Positions 1 through 9,040 of a stretch of 64,000 bases of DNA are shown one piece after another (positions within the stretch are counted from its first letter, which is position 1; each line of letters starts with the position of its first letter). This DNA comes from Dehalococcoidia bacterium. GTDB lineage: Bacteria; Chloroflexota; Dehalococcoidia; Lucifugimonadales; CAJWER01. The stretch covers positions 2,059,934 to 2,123,933 of the forward strand of contig OZ242024.1 of NCBI GenBank assembly GCA_965204975.1, read 5' to 3'. The notes beneath the pieces are model-generated. The model did no database searches. It saw nothing but the letters and a program-made list of their open reading frames with translations, and was not told the DNA's origin. The translations under genes were made by a program, and so were the position numbers.

Positions 1-367
1 TGTCGCCGCGGAGCCGGTAGAGCAGGTTCTGGCCGACGCTGGCGATGGTAATTTCCTGGGTGAAGTTTGCGCCCCAGTTGAGCATGGCGTTGCCCATGAA
101 CAGGGCAACTATCCACATCAGGCCGGTGAAGTCGCCCTGGGTAATGAACTCGTCGATGGCTTTGCCGATGAGCCACGGGACCGCGACCGAGGTTGCCGTG
201 AAGACGAGCATCGAGACGACCGCCACGGAGACCATGGCCTTGTTGGGCATGAGGTAGGGGGCCATGCGGGCCACTACACGGTAGTTGAAGGCCTGGCCGA
301 ATACCTCGTCGTCCAGCCTGCCCGAGTCGCGGGAGGCCTGGCGCATGAAGGAGCCTGCGCCGGACAT
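1..367 (-). CDS. ABC exporter permease/ATPase, N-terminal part only (gene continues past the window start)
   Basis: ATG at 365-367 overlaps the TGA of the upstream ABC gene (ATGA). My translation is MSGAGSFMRQASRDSGRLDDEVFGQAFNYRVVARMAPYLMPNKAMVSVAVVSMLVFTATSVAVPWLIGKAIDEF..., which looks like an ABC exporter TMD N-terminus. Not listed in the ORF track because it is truncated. Confidence 0.75.
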   Translation of the reverse strand, partial: MSGAGSFMRQASRDSGRLDDEVFGQAFNYRVVARMAPYLMPNKAMVSVAVVSMLVFTATSVAVPWLIGKAIDEFITQGDFTGLMWIVALFMGNAMLNWGANFTQEITIASVGQNLLYRLRGD

Positions 368-2187
368 CATCGGATCGCCGCCTCAGTCTCAGCCGGAACG
401 TCGAACTCCATCATGACCTCCTCCTGGGGCCTGAGCTGGAGCTCGTAGATGCGCCTGTACGCGCCGCCCCTGTCCAGCAGCTCCTCGTGGGTGCCGCGCT
501 CGGCGATCCGCCCCCTGTCGAGGACTATGATCTCGTCGGCCTTGTGCACCGTGCTGAGCCTGTGGGCGATTACGAAGGTGGTCCTGTCCTTCATGACGGC
601 CTCCATGGCCGTGCGGATCTTCTCCTCCGTGTTGGCGTCTACGCTGGCGGTGGAGTCGTCGAGGATGAGTACCGGCGGGTCGAGCAGTACTGCCCTGGCG
701 ATTGACATGCGCTGCCGCTGGCCACCGGACAGGGTCGAGCCGCGCTCGCCGACCTCGGTGTCGTAGCCGTCATCGAGGCCCTGTATGTAGTCGTCGAGCT
801 GGGCGACGCGCGCCGCGGCGACTATCTCGTCCATAGTCGCATCCTCTCGGCCATAGGCGATGTTGTCCCTAAGCGAGGCGGTGAAGAGGAACACGTCCTG
901 CTGCACCATTCCTATATTGCTCCTGAGGGACTTCAGGGTGGTCTCCTGTATCTCGACGCCGTCTAACGTGATGCTGCCCGACGTGATGTCGTAGAACCGT
1001 GGCAGCAGGTTTACCAGGGTGCTCTTACCGCTGCCGGGGGCGCCGACGAGGGCGACGACCTTGCCTGGAGAGGCGTCGATGTCGATGTTCCGGAGGGTCG
1101 GCGTGCGGCCGTCGTAGCTGAAGGAAACGTCGTTGAACCGGACGTGACCGCTGCTCTTGGGCATCTCACGGGCGCCGGGGAATTCCTCCACGTGGGACCT
1201 GTAGTCGAGGACCTCGAAGAGTCGCTGCCCGGCGGAGTAGGCCCTGGCGTAGGAGTTGATGACCATGCCCGCGCTCTGGACGGGGAGGGCGAGTATCTGC
1301 ATGTAGAAGAGGAAGCTGGCCAGGTCGCCGGGCGACATGTGGCCGTTGATCACCCTCATGCCCCCGATCCCCAGTATCAGCCCGATTACCACGAGGTACA
1401 CGAAGACCATCACGGACGTGTTGAGGGCCTGGATGCGGGATGCCCTGACCATGTCGTCGGAGACCGCCGCGCTGCTCGCCTCGTACTTGGCCTCCTCGTG
1501 GCGCTCGGCGGCGAAGGCCTTGACCACGCGGACGCCGGTCATATTCTCCTGGAGGGTGGTGCTGAGGTCGGCCATGTCCTCCTGGACGCGCAGCCATATT
1601 CTCCTGAGGTGCATCCGGAGGACAGCGGTGAGGATTACCAGCACGGGCATGAAGCTGAGCGCCACGAGGCCCAGGACCCAGTCCATCCAGATTAGTATGC
1701 CGGCCGTCGCGAAGAAGAGTATGGCGAAGTATGGAGAGCGGACCAGGCTGGACATAATGAACATCCTGAAGGCCTCCACGTCTGTGATGGCCCGTGACAT
1801 CAGGTTGCCCGTGTGGTAGGTGTCGTGGAACTTGAAGCTCAGGTTTTGGACGTGGCCGTAGAACCTGTTGCGGATATCGTAGGCGACGGCCTGGGACAGG
1901 CGCTCGCCGAAGTAGGTCTGGCCGAAGGTCAGAGCGCCCCTGATGAGGCTCACGGCCAGGATCGTGAGGGAGATCGAGAGGATAGTGGCCTCGGAGACCG
2001 AGCCGCCGCCAAAGCTCCTGTCGACCTCGTCGATGGCGATCCCAAAGAGCCAGGGCAGCACGAGGTACGCTGCGGTAGCGCCGGAGACGCAGAGGAGGCA
2101 GATGGCGAGGAGCCACTTGTGGGCGAATGTGAGAGCCAGGATCCGTGCCAGAATCAAACCGCGTCGGACTCTGCTCCGGTCCGACAT
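367..2187 (-). CDS. ABC transporter permease/ATP-binding protein (MsbA/MdlB-type exporter half, first of a heterodimeric pair)
   Basis: 606-aa ORF with an N-terminal multi-TM half. The NBD carries Walker A GAPGSGKST, signature LSGGQRQR, Walker B VLILDDSTASVD and H-loop IAHRLST. Confidence 0.95.
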   Translation of the reverse strand: MSDRSRVRRGLILARILALTFAHKWLLAICLLCVSGATAAYLVLPWLFGIAIDEVDRSFGGGSVSEATILSISLTILAVSLIRGALTFGQTYFGERLSQAVAYDIRNRFYGHVQNLSFKFHDTYHTGNLMSRAITDVEAFRMFIMSSLVRSPYFAILFFATAGILIWMDWVLGLVALSFMPVLVILTAVLRMHLRRIWLRVQEDMADLSTTLQENMTGVRVVKAFAAERHEEAKYEASSAAVSDDMVRASRIQALNTSVMVFVYLVVIGLILGIGGMRVINGHMSPGDLASFLFYMQILALPVQSAGMVINSYARAYSAGQRLFEVLDYRSHVEEFPGAREMPKSSGHVRFNDVSFSYDGRTPTLRNIDIDASPGKVVALVGAPGSGKSTLVNLLPRFYDITSGSITLDGVEIQETTLKSLRSNIGMVQQDVFLFTASLRDNIAYGREDATMDEIVAAARVAQLDDYIQGLDDGYDTEVGERGSTLSGGQRQRMSIARAVLLDPPVLILDDSTASVDANTEEKIRTAMEAVMKDRTTFVIAHRLSTVHKADEIIVLDRGRIAERGTHEELLDRGGAYRRIYELQLRPQEEVMMEFDVPAETEAAIR

Positions 2188-2387
2188 ATTCTCCGGTGGG
2201 CCTTGAGTGGATCTGGCGCTCTGAGTCGCGTCGAAATCCGCCGCACAACAGGAAATTCTACGCCGCCACCAGGGAGGTCACAAGGGTTTTATGGGCCTAT
2301 TTTTCGTGAATTCTGTTTCATAAACCAGCCGTCTTTATATTGTCTAAGCATTGTATGAAAAACACATAGGGAGACGAAAATCGTGTC

Positions 2388-2410
2388 GGCCTCCAGGCGT
2401 GGTGGAGGCC
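2388..2410 (-). terminator. Hairpin downstream of the sbcC-like gene (GGCCTCCA-N7-TGGAGGCC)
   Basis: An 8-bp GC stem lies just after the stop at 2416. It is followed on the minus strand by GACACGATTTTCG, a weak U-tract. Confidence 0.4.
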
Positions 2411-2415
2411 GGCTC

Positions 2416-5400
2416 TTACGCTATGGCGAAGGTGGAGCCGGACGGGGTCTTGGTGACCTCGATTCGGACGGGGAAGGCCTCCTTGACCTGCTCGACGTGG
2501 GTTATCACGATGATCTTCTCGAAGTCGGCCTGTATGGACTGGATGGCTTCCTTGAGGTGCTCCTGCCCCACGCTATCGAGGGAGCCGAAGCCCTCGTCGA
2601 TGAATAGGATGGGCAGGGGCGCGCCTGACCTGCGCGCCAGGAGCTTCGAGAGGGCGATGCGGAGTGCGAAGTTGATGCGGAAGGCCTCGCCGCCGCTGAA
2701 CATCTCGTAGCTGCGTGTGCCCACCTCGTCGGATATGCGGATGTCCAGCTCTTCGGATGCGACGCCGCGCACCCTGCGGCCCTCCATGACCTGGAGCTTG
2801 AGGGACATGCGGTTCTCGGTGAGTTTGCCCAGGAGCTCGTTGGCGTCTTCCTGGAGGTGGGGGATGGCGTTCTCGATCATGAGGGCCTGGATGCCGTTGC
2901 GCCCGAAGGCTACCGCGAGGTCGTCGTAGATCGACTTGCGGTCGGCGAGCTCTTTGCGCTCGGCCTGGAGTCGGTCGATCTGGGCCTGGAGCCGGTCGAG
3001 CCGGTCGAGCTCGCGGCCGAGCCGCCCCTGCTCTATGGCGGCTTCGCGGACCTGGTTTTCGAGAGAGGTGCGAGCCTGCCCTGCCTCTGAGAGCTCGCGT
3101 TCCCTGTCGGGCATGGTGGCCACCTGGATCCGCAGCTCCTCGCTCCTGTCCCGGTCTGCCTGGAGGTCCGAGCTGCGCCTCTCCAGCATCTTGGTGTCGG
3201 CGGCCAGGGACTCGCGCTCGCGGGGCAGGGCGGCCTTCGCCTCGTCAAGCCGCCGGCCGAGTTCGTCGTAGTGTTCGAGGCCGCCGGCGGCCGCGCGGGC
3301 GGCACTGTACTCCTCCGGGTCGTAGTCGAGGTCGGCCAGCCCGGCCCTGAGCGCCTCGACCTGGCGGCGCTCCTCATGTGCGAAGTCCTCGGACGCGATT
3401 GTGAGGTCGAGCTCCTGGAGGCGTCGGCGCTGGGGGCCCAATTCCTCGGAGGCGCGCTTCGAGTCCTCCAGGTCCGAGGCGAGGACGGCCCTTCTCGTCC
3501 GTAGCTCCGTGCGCCTGCGATTCAGGTCGGCCTGCCCTGCATCCACGGCGGTCCGCAGGCCGGTCATGGCGCGGTCGATCTCCCTGCGGCGCTCGGGGTC
3601 GTAATCGACGGCGGCCAGCTCGTCCTCGATGTCCCTGAGCCTTGCCCTCTCCTCGTGTGCGAAGCTGCCTGTTTTGAGGTTGGCGCGAAGCTGGGCAAGC
3701 CACGCCTCCGCAGTGACAAGCTCATCCTTTGCCCTGACGGCTTCCTGCAGACGTTCCTCCAGGGACGCCCGCTTCTGGGCGGCGGCGCGCCGCCGCTGAT
3801 CGAGGGCAGCCGTGCGGGCGCCGACCTGCTCCAACTGTGCGGCATGCCTGCTCTCTAGCCTGTCGAACTCAGCGCGGTTCTTCGAGTAGCGCTCCTTGCC
3901 CTGCAGGCCCTGCTGCTCGTACTCGGCCTTGAGGTGTTCCCTGCCGTCGGCCCCCAGTGGGTGTTTGCAGACGGGGCAGATAGCCTGGTCGTCGTCCAGA
4001 ATGTCGAACTTGCGGCGGGTATCCTCCATCTCGGCGAGCAGGTCCCTGTTGGCCTGCCTGAGCTGGTCCATCCGGGCGGCGGCGCTCTCGGCAACGCCCC
4101 TAAGGGCGTCGATTTCGGCGGCCTCGGCGTCGACGGCCGACTCCTCCCGGGCGAGGCCCTCAAGCTGCTGCCTGACAGCGTCGAGGCCGCCCGCAGCCCG
4201 GGAAAGCTCTTCCGTCCTCTTGGCCTGGTGCTCGACGGCCGCCCTGACCTGCGCCTCCTGGACGGCTATCTCGCGCTCGACCTGGGCCTTGCGGGCCTCG
4301 ATCCCGGTCCTCATTTCCATGGCGGTGTTGAGGGCGTCCCGCTCTTCGGCCAGCCGGTCGATCTCGCGTCTCTGCGCCTCGATGTCTGATTCCGCCGCGT
4401 CGAGGGCGTGCTCTTCATGCTCGACGCCGGCTATTTCGGACTCGATGGCTGGCACACGAGCGGCCTTCGGCTCCAGCTCGTCTGCGATCCGGGCCCGGAC
4501 GCGCTCGATGTCGCCGGAGAGCCGGATGCGCTCCACGACTATGGTCTTGTCGAGCTCGGCGATTCTGCCCTCGAGGTCGGCCGCCTGGAGGGCTGCGTCG
4601 CGGAGGCGCTCGACCTCGCGCCGCGCGGCGGCGAGGTCATCGAAGCCCCGCCGGATATCGGCTTCCCTGCCGACCAGGTCCCCGGCCGCCTCCACGCGCC
4701 TGCGGGTCTCCGGAATTCGCCGGGCGATCTCGGCCATGTCCGCCTCGGCGTTGGAGATGCGGCGCTCCAGGTCCTGAAGCGCGGCTTCCCTGGCGCGGAG
4801 GGCCGTGACGGCTTCCTCCAGGCGGCGGTGCAGGGCCTGGGCGTCACCGGCCCGGGTCTCCAGGACCTGTATCCGGGCATTCACCTCGGCCAGGGCCTGC
4901 TCTTGCTCCTCCCGCCCTGCCACCTCAGCCGCGCGTATGTCGACGCCGGTATCGGCCCTCTCGATACGCCCCTGGATCTCGCGGCTGCGCTGCCTGGCAC
5001 GCTCCTCGAGGGTCTCGTAGTAGGCCAGGTCGAGGACCTCGGCGAGGACCTCCTTGCGCTTCGCGGCTGTGCTGGCGGTGAACATGTCGGCCTTGCCCTG
5101 GAGCAGGAACGCGGTGTTGACGAAGGTGTCGTAGTCCATGTGAAGGGTGTTGCGGATGTGCTCCTCGGTCTCGCGGACGGAGTTGAGGGTGACGGGGGTG
5201 AAGCCGTTGCCGGACGAGACCTGGAACTCGAGGACGGTGTGGCCCTGGCTGCTGCGCCGGGAGTACCGCCTGCTGACCCTGTACCGCTGGGCCCCTGCCG
5301 AGAATTCGAGGTCGACGGCCATGTCGGAGCGTCCCTGGTGAACTAGCTCGTCGTGGGTGCGGGCCCGGGACTTGCCCCAGAGGGCCCAGGTGATGCTGTC

Positions 5401-5568
5401 GAGGAGTGCGGACTTGCCGTGGCCGTTGTCGCCGCAGAGGCATGCGACGTGGATGGAGTGCAGGTCGAGCTCCGGGACGTTGTCCCGGTAGCACATGAAG
5501 TTCTTGACGCGGAGCTTGAGGGGTATCAACCGGAAGTGAGTATATGCAGAGCGCCCGGATGCCGTCAA
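2416..5568 (-). CDS. sbcC: SbcC/Rad50-family SMC-like ATPase with zinc hook
   Basis: Walker A GDNGHGKSALLDSI. About 700 aa of A/E/R/L-rich coiled coil with a central CPVC hook. C-terminal signature FSGGEAFRINFALR, Walker B ILFIDEGFGSLD and H-loop VITH. The track start is TTG at 5568; an in-frame TTG at 5529 (IPLKLRVKNFMCY) fits the family N-terminus better. Confidence 0.9.
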   Translation of the reverse strand: MTASGRSAYTHFRLIPLKLRVKNFMCYRDNVPELDLHSIHVACLCGDNGHGKSALLDSITWALWGKSRARTHDELVHQGRSDMAVDLEFSAGAQRYRVSRRYSRRSSQGHTVLEFQVSSGNGFTPVTLNSVRETEEHIRNTLHMDYDTFVNTAFLLQGKADMFTASTAAKRKEVLAEVLDLAYYETLEERARQRSREIQGRIERADTGVDIRAAEVAGREEQEQALAEVNARIQVLETRAGDAQALHRRLEEAVTALRAREAALQDLERRISNAEADMAEIARRIPETRRRVEAAGDLVGREADIRRGFDDLAAARREVERLRDAALQAADLEGRIAELDKTIVVERIRLSGDIERVRARIADELEPKAARVPAIESEIAGVEHEEHALDAAESDIEAQRREIDRLAEERDALNTAMEMRTGIEARKAQVEREIAVQEAQVRAAVEHQAKRTEELSRAAGGLDAVRQQLEGLAREESAVDAEAAEIDALRGVAESAAARMDQLRQANRDLLAEMEDTRRKFDILDDDQAICPVCKHPLGADGREHLKAEYEQQGLQGKERYSKNRAEFDRLESRHAAQLEQVGARTAALDQRRRAAAQKRASLEERLQEAVRAKDELVTAEAWLAQLRANLKTGSFAHEERARLRDIEDELAAVDYDPERRREIDRAMTGLRTAVDAGQADLNRRRTELRTRRAVLASDLEDSKRASEELGPQRRRLQELDLTIASEDFAHEERRQVEALRAGLADLDYDPEEYSAARAAAGGLEHYDELGRRLDEAKAALPRERESLAADTKMLERRSSDLQADRDRSEELRIQVATMPDRERELSEAGQARTSLENQVREAAIEQGRLGRELDRLDRLQAQIDRLQAERKELADRKSIYDDLAVAFGRNGIQALMIENAIPHLQEDANELLGKLTENRMSLKLQVMEGRRVRGVASEELDIRISDEVGTRSYEMFSGGEAFRINFALRIALSKLLARRSGAPLPILFIDEGFGSLDSVGQEHLKEAIQSIQADFEKIIVITHVEQVKEAFPVRIEVTKTPSGSTFAIA

Positions 5569-5611
5569 CGGCGCGCGGTACGGGGCTACCTGGCCTTTCG
5601 GGCACGGGGGC

Positions 5612-5643
5612 GTCGTTCCGGCGCAGGCCGGAACCCAGGGGGG
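5612..5643. repeat. Family D palindromic intergenic repeat (GTCRTTCCGGC-N-GCCGGAAYCCAGGGGG)
   Basis: gtcgttccggcgcaggccggaacccagggggg; near-copy at 56043-56074. Confidence 0.7.
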
Positions 5644-5776
5644 CGGGGCTCAGCTATGAAGGCAATGCCTCCCATGCGGCATTCGGGCCTCATGTGGAGT
5701 TATTCAAAGGTCTCCTCGGGGAATGAGGCCGGAGCGGGCGCGGTGGTAGTATTGGGCAGGGGGTTCTGGATAGGCG

Positions 5777-7648
5777 ATGGACGGCCAGGCCAAGAGGAAT
5801 GTGATGGTGCTCGGGAAGCAGGACTTCTCGGAGCTGCTGCGGGCGGTCCCGTCGAAGCCGGGTGTGTACCTGATGCGGGACAAGCTGGGCGGGGTGCTGT
5901 ACGTCGGGAAGGCGGGGAACCTGCGAAACCGGCTCCGGAGCTACTTCGGGAAGAAGGCCAGCCCGTACCCGAAGGTCCGGAGCATGATCCCGAAGATCGC
6001 CAACTTCGAGTTCATCCTGACGGAGTCGGACGAGGAGGCGGTGCTTCTCGAGTGCAACCTGATCAAGGAGAACAAGCCGCCGTACAACTCGCGGCTGAAG
6101 GACGACAAGAGCTACCCGTTCATCAAGATCGACACGTCTGAGGACTTTCCGCGTGTCTACATAACGCGTGGGCAGACGAACGACGGGTCGCTGTACTTCG
6201 GGCCATACGCCAGCGCCTACAGCGTGCGGAGGACCCTGGCGCTGCTCAAGAAGTTGTTCCCGTACCGCTCGTGCACCAAGACGATCACCGGCACGGACGC
6301 GAGGCCCTGCCTCGACTACCACATCCACAGGTGCGTGGGGCCTTGCATCGGCGCGGTCGACAAGGAGGGGTACGGGGAGGTCATCGACCACGTGGCGCTG
6401 TTCCTGAGGGGGCGGACGGACCGCGTGGCGAAGCAGGTTGCGCGGCAGATGGAGGAGGCGGCTGAGCGGCTGGAGTTCGAGCGGGCGGCGGTGCTGCGCG
6501 ACCAGTACAGGGCCATCGAGACGGTGAGCGCGGGCCAGAAGGTGCTGCACCTGAGCCCGGACAGCATCGACGCCGTAGGCCTGTCAATCGAGGGGGGCGA
6601 GGCCTGGGTGGAGATCTTCTTCATCCGTGAGGGGAAGCTGGTCGGCCGCGACAACTTCATCATGGCGAGCCCGGCCGAGGACGAGCCGGGGGCGGTGATC
6701 ACGGCGTTCATCGAGCAGTTCTACAGCGCCAATCCCTTCGTGCCGCCGCGCATCCTGACCCAGCACGCCACGGTGGAGACGGAGACGCTGGAGTCGTGGC
6801 TGGGGCAGAAGCGCCAGGGCAAGGTGCGGGTGTACGTCCCTCAGCGGGGCGAGAAGCGGAAGCTGGTGGAGATGGTGGCGGAGAACGCTGTTGAGGGCCT
6901 GGAGCAGCTGAGGGTGCGGCGCGTGGCCCGGGGGGACTCGGAGGAGGGGATCGGCGAGCTTCAGGAGGCGTTGAGCCTGCCGCGCCCGCCGAACCGGATC
7001 GAGTGCTACGACATATCGAACACGCGGGGCACGAACCCCGTGGGCAGCATGGTCGTGTTCGAGGAGGGCAAGCCCCTGACGAAGCACTACCGCCGTTTCA
7101 AGATCAAGTCGGTGGACGGGATCGACGACTACTCGATGATGCGGGAGGTGCTCTCCCGGCGGTTCAAGCGGCTGGGCAAGGCGGCCGGCGAGAACGGCAG
7201 CACGGAGAAGGACGGCTGGGCGACGGTGCCGGATCTGGTGCTCATCGACGGGGGGAAAGGGCACCTGGGGGCAGCGCTGCAGGTGTTCCTGGAGCTGGGT
7301 GTGGAGTCGGTGCCGCTGGCGAGCCTGGCCAAGGAGAACGAGGAGCTGTTCGTGCCGGAGACGCCGGAGCCCATAGTGCTGCCGCGGGGCTCCAAGGCGC
7401 TGTTCCTGGTGCAGCGGGCGCGGGACGAGGCGCACAGGTTCGCCATCACGTTCCACAGGCAGCGCCGGTCGAAGGCTTCGGCGTCGTCTGCGCTGGACGG
7501 CGTGCCGGGAATCGGGCCGAAGCGGCGGCGCCTGCTGCTGCGGAAGTTCGGCTCGGTCAAGGGCATCCGGGAGGCGCAGGCGGAGGAGCTAGCGGCTGTG
7601 CCGGGGATGACGGCGAAGCTGGCGGGGCGGCTGAAGGAGTACCTGTAG
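5777..7648 (+). CDS. uvrC: Excinuclease ABC subunit C
   Basis: GIY-YIG motif GVYLMRDKLGGVLYVGKAGNLRNRLRSYF, UVR domain FERAAVLRDQ, C-terminal endonuclease and (HhH)2 LDGVPGIGPKRRRLLLRKFGS. Confidence 0.97.
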   Translation: MDGQAKRNVMVLGKQDFSELLRAVPSKPGVYLMRDKLGGVLYVGKAGNLRNRLRSYFGKKASPYPKVRSMIPKIANFEFILTESDEEAVLLECNLIKENKPPYNSRLKDDKSYPFIKIDTSEDFPRVYITRGQTNDGSLYFGPYASAYSVRRTLALLKKLFPYRSCTKTITGTDARPCLDYHIHRCVGPCIGAVDKEGYGEVIDHVALFLRGRTDRVAKQVARQMEEAAERLEFERAAVLRDQYRAIETVSAGQKVLHLSPDSIDAVGLSIEGGEAWVEIFFIREGKLVGRDNFIMASPAEDEPGAVITAFIEQFYSANPFVPPRILTQHATVETETLESWLGQKRQGKVRVYVPQRGEKRKLVEMVAENAVEGLEQLRVRRVARGDSEEGIGELQEALSLPRPPNRIECYDISNTRGTNPVGSMVVFEEGKPLTKHYRRFKIKSVDGIDDYSMMREVLSRRFKRLGKAAGENGSTEKDGWATVPDLVLIDGGKGHLGAALQVFLELGVESVPLASLAKENEELFVPETPEPIVLPRGSKALFLVQRARDEAHRFAITFHRQRRSKASASSALDGVPGIGPKRRRLLLRKFGSVKGIREAQAEELAAVPGMTAKLAGRLKEYL

Positions 7649-7673
7649 CGGGCCGCTTTGGGCCGGGTTCGGC

Positions 7674-7712
7674 AGGTTTGCGGAGAATAAAGGGCCTAAT
7701 CTCCGCAAACCT
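7674..7712 (+). terminator. 13-bp stem hairpin after uvrC (AGGTTTGCGGAGA / TCTCCGCAAACCT)
   Basis: Perfect inverted repeat 26 nt after the uvrC stop. It shares the TCTCCGCAAA motif with the Fic promoter region. Confidence 0.5.
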
Positions 7713-7723
7713 TGCGGTGATTA

Positions 7724-7771
7724 TTGCGCTGTCCGGAGATTAGGCGTATAATCTCCGCAAATGATGCGGAG
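7724..7771 (+). promoter_or_regulatory. Putative sigma70-type promoter plus repeated operator-like motif for the Fic gene
   Basis: TTGCGC (7724-7729), 17 nt, TATAAT (7747-7752), with the ATG at 7761. The 13-mer TAATCTCCGCAAA occurs at 7697-7709 and 7749-7761. The palindrome CTCCGCA-aatga-TGCGGAG spans the start codon. Confidence 0.5.
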
Positions 7772-8882
7772 AAAGTACATCCACGACGACCCCGGCTGGC
7801 CCAGCTTCCGGTGGGACGAGGGCGGACTGGCCGGGCCGCTGGCGGAGATCAGGCATCGACAGGGGCGCCTGCTGGGCCGCATGGAGGACCTCGGCTTCGA
7901 CGTGCGGCAGGAGGCCGTGCTCGAGACCATCACGGGCGACGTGATCAAGAGCAGCGAGATCGAGGGAGAGAGGCTCGACGGGGAGCAGGTGCGCTCCTCG
8001 GTGGCCCGGCGCCTAGGGATGGACGTAGGCGGCCTCAGGCACGTGGACCGCAACGTGGACGGCATCGTCGAGATGATGATGGACGCGACGACGAGCTACG
8101 CCCAGCCCCTTACCGAGCAGCGCCTGCACGCCTGGCACTCGTCGCTGTTCCCGGCCGGGCAGAGCGGCATGAGGCGGATCACGGTCGGCGCATGGCGCGA
8201 CGACAGCGGCGGGCCGATGCAGGTGGTGTCGGGGCCGATGGGCCGGGAGCGGGTGCACTACGAGGCGCCGCCCGCGACGAGGCTCGACCGGGAGATGGGG
8301 GCGTTCCTGGGCTGGTTCAACGCGCCCTCGGAGATCGACGGGGTGCTCAAGGCCGGGCTGGCCCACCTGTGGTTCGTGACGGTCCACCCATTCGACGACG
8401 GCAACGGCCGGATAGCGCGGGCGGTGGCGGACATGGCGCTGGCGCGCTCGGAGGGCACCTCGCAGCGCTTCTACAGCATGTCGACGCAGATCATGCGGGA
8501 GCGGGACGACTACTACAACATCCTCGAACGGACGCAGGGTGGGACGCTGGACGTGACGGGGTGGCAGGAGTGGTTCCTGGCGTGCCTGGGGAGGGCCGTC
8601 GACGACGCGCAGGGGACGCTCTCGGGCGTGCTTGCAAAGGCGCGTTTCTGGGAGAGCGCCGCCCGCGTACCGCTCAACGACCGGCAGCGGCTGGTGATCG
8701 GGCGACTGCTGGACGGCGGGTTCAAGGGCAAGCTCACGACGTCGAAGTGGGCGAAGCTGGCGAAGTGCTCGCAGGATACGGCGCTGCGGGACATCCAGGA
8801 GCTGGTGACGCACGGCATCATGGAGCGGAGCCGGGCAGGCGGGCGGAGCACGAGCTATGAGCTAGTGGGGGAATGGGGTTGA
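7761..8882 (+). CDS. Fic family protein (class II, N-terminal inhibitory helix, C-terminal wHTH-like tail)
   Basis: Fic core HPFDDGNGRIARA (HxFx[DE]GNGRxxR). Inhibitory motif SSEIEGE ([ST]xxxE[GN]) lies upstream of the core. The C-terminus KLTTSKWAKLAKCSQDTALRDIQELV looks like an HTH. Confidence 0.92.
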   Translation: MMRRKYIHDDPGWPSFRWDEGGLAGPLAEIRHRQGRLLGRMEDLGFDVRQEAVLETITGDVIKSSEIEGERLDGEQVRSSVARRLGMDVGGLRHVDRNVDGIVEMMMDATTSYAQPLTEQRLHAWHSSLFPAGQSGMRRITVGAWRDDSGGPMQVVSGPMGRERVHYEAPPATRLDREMGAFLGWFNAPSEIDGVLKAGLAHLWFVTVHPFDDGNGRIARAVADMALARSEGTSQRFYSMSTQIMRERDDYYNILERTQGGTLDVTGWQEWFLACLGRAVDDAQGTLSGVLAKARFWESAARVPLNDRQRLVIGRLLDGGFKGKLTTSKWAKLAKCSQDTALRDIQELVTHGIMERSRAGGRSTSYELVGEWG

Positions 8883-8886
8883 CCCT

Positions 8887-9023
8887 CCCTGTCATTCCGA
8901 ACGTAGCGAAGCGTAGTGAGGAATCTAAGGTCATTGCCATAAGGACTGGCATCGTAGCTGCACAGGGCCCAATGACTCGACCGCGTGCACCTTAGATTCC
9001 TCCCTGCGGTCGGAATGACAAGC
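8887..9023. repeat. ~135-nt imperfect long inverted repeat (MITE-like or structured element) between convergent genes
   Basis: gtcattccga (8891-8900) pairs with tcggaatgac (9010-9019). gaggaatctaaggt (8918-8931) pairs with accttagattcctc (8989-9002). Confidence 0.7.
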
Positions 9024-9040
9024 TTAGGCGAGCCGCCACC

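Noticed and set aside
5569-5776. Small SbcD-like or other ORF between sbcC and uvrC
   Set aside because: The region has no ORF with an RBS. It contains a Family D hairpin and presumably the divergent promoters.
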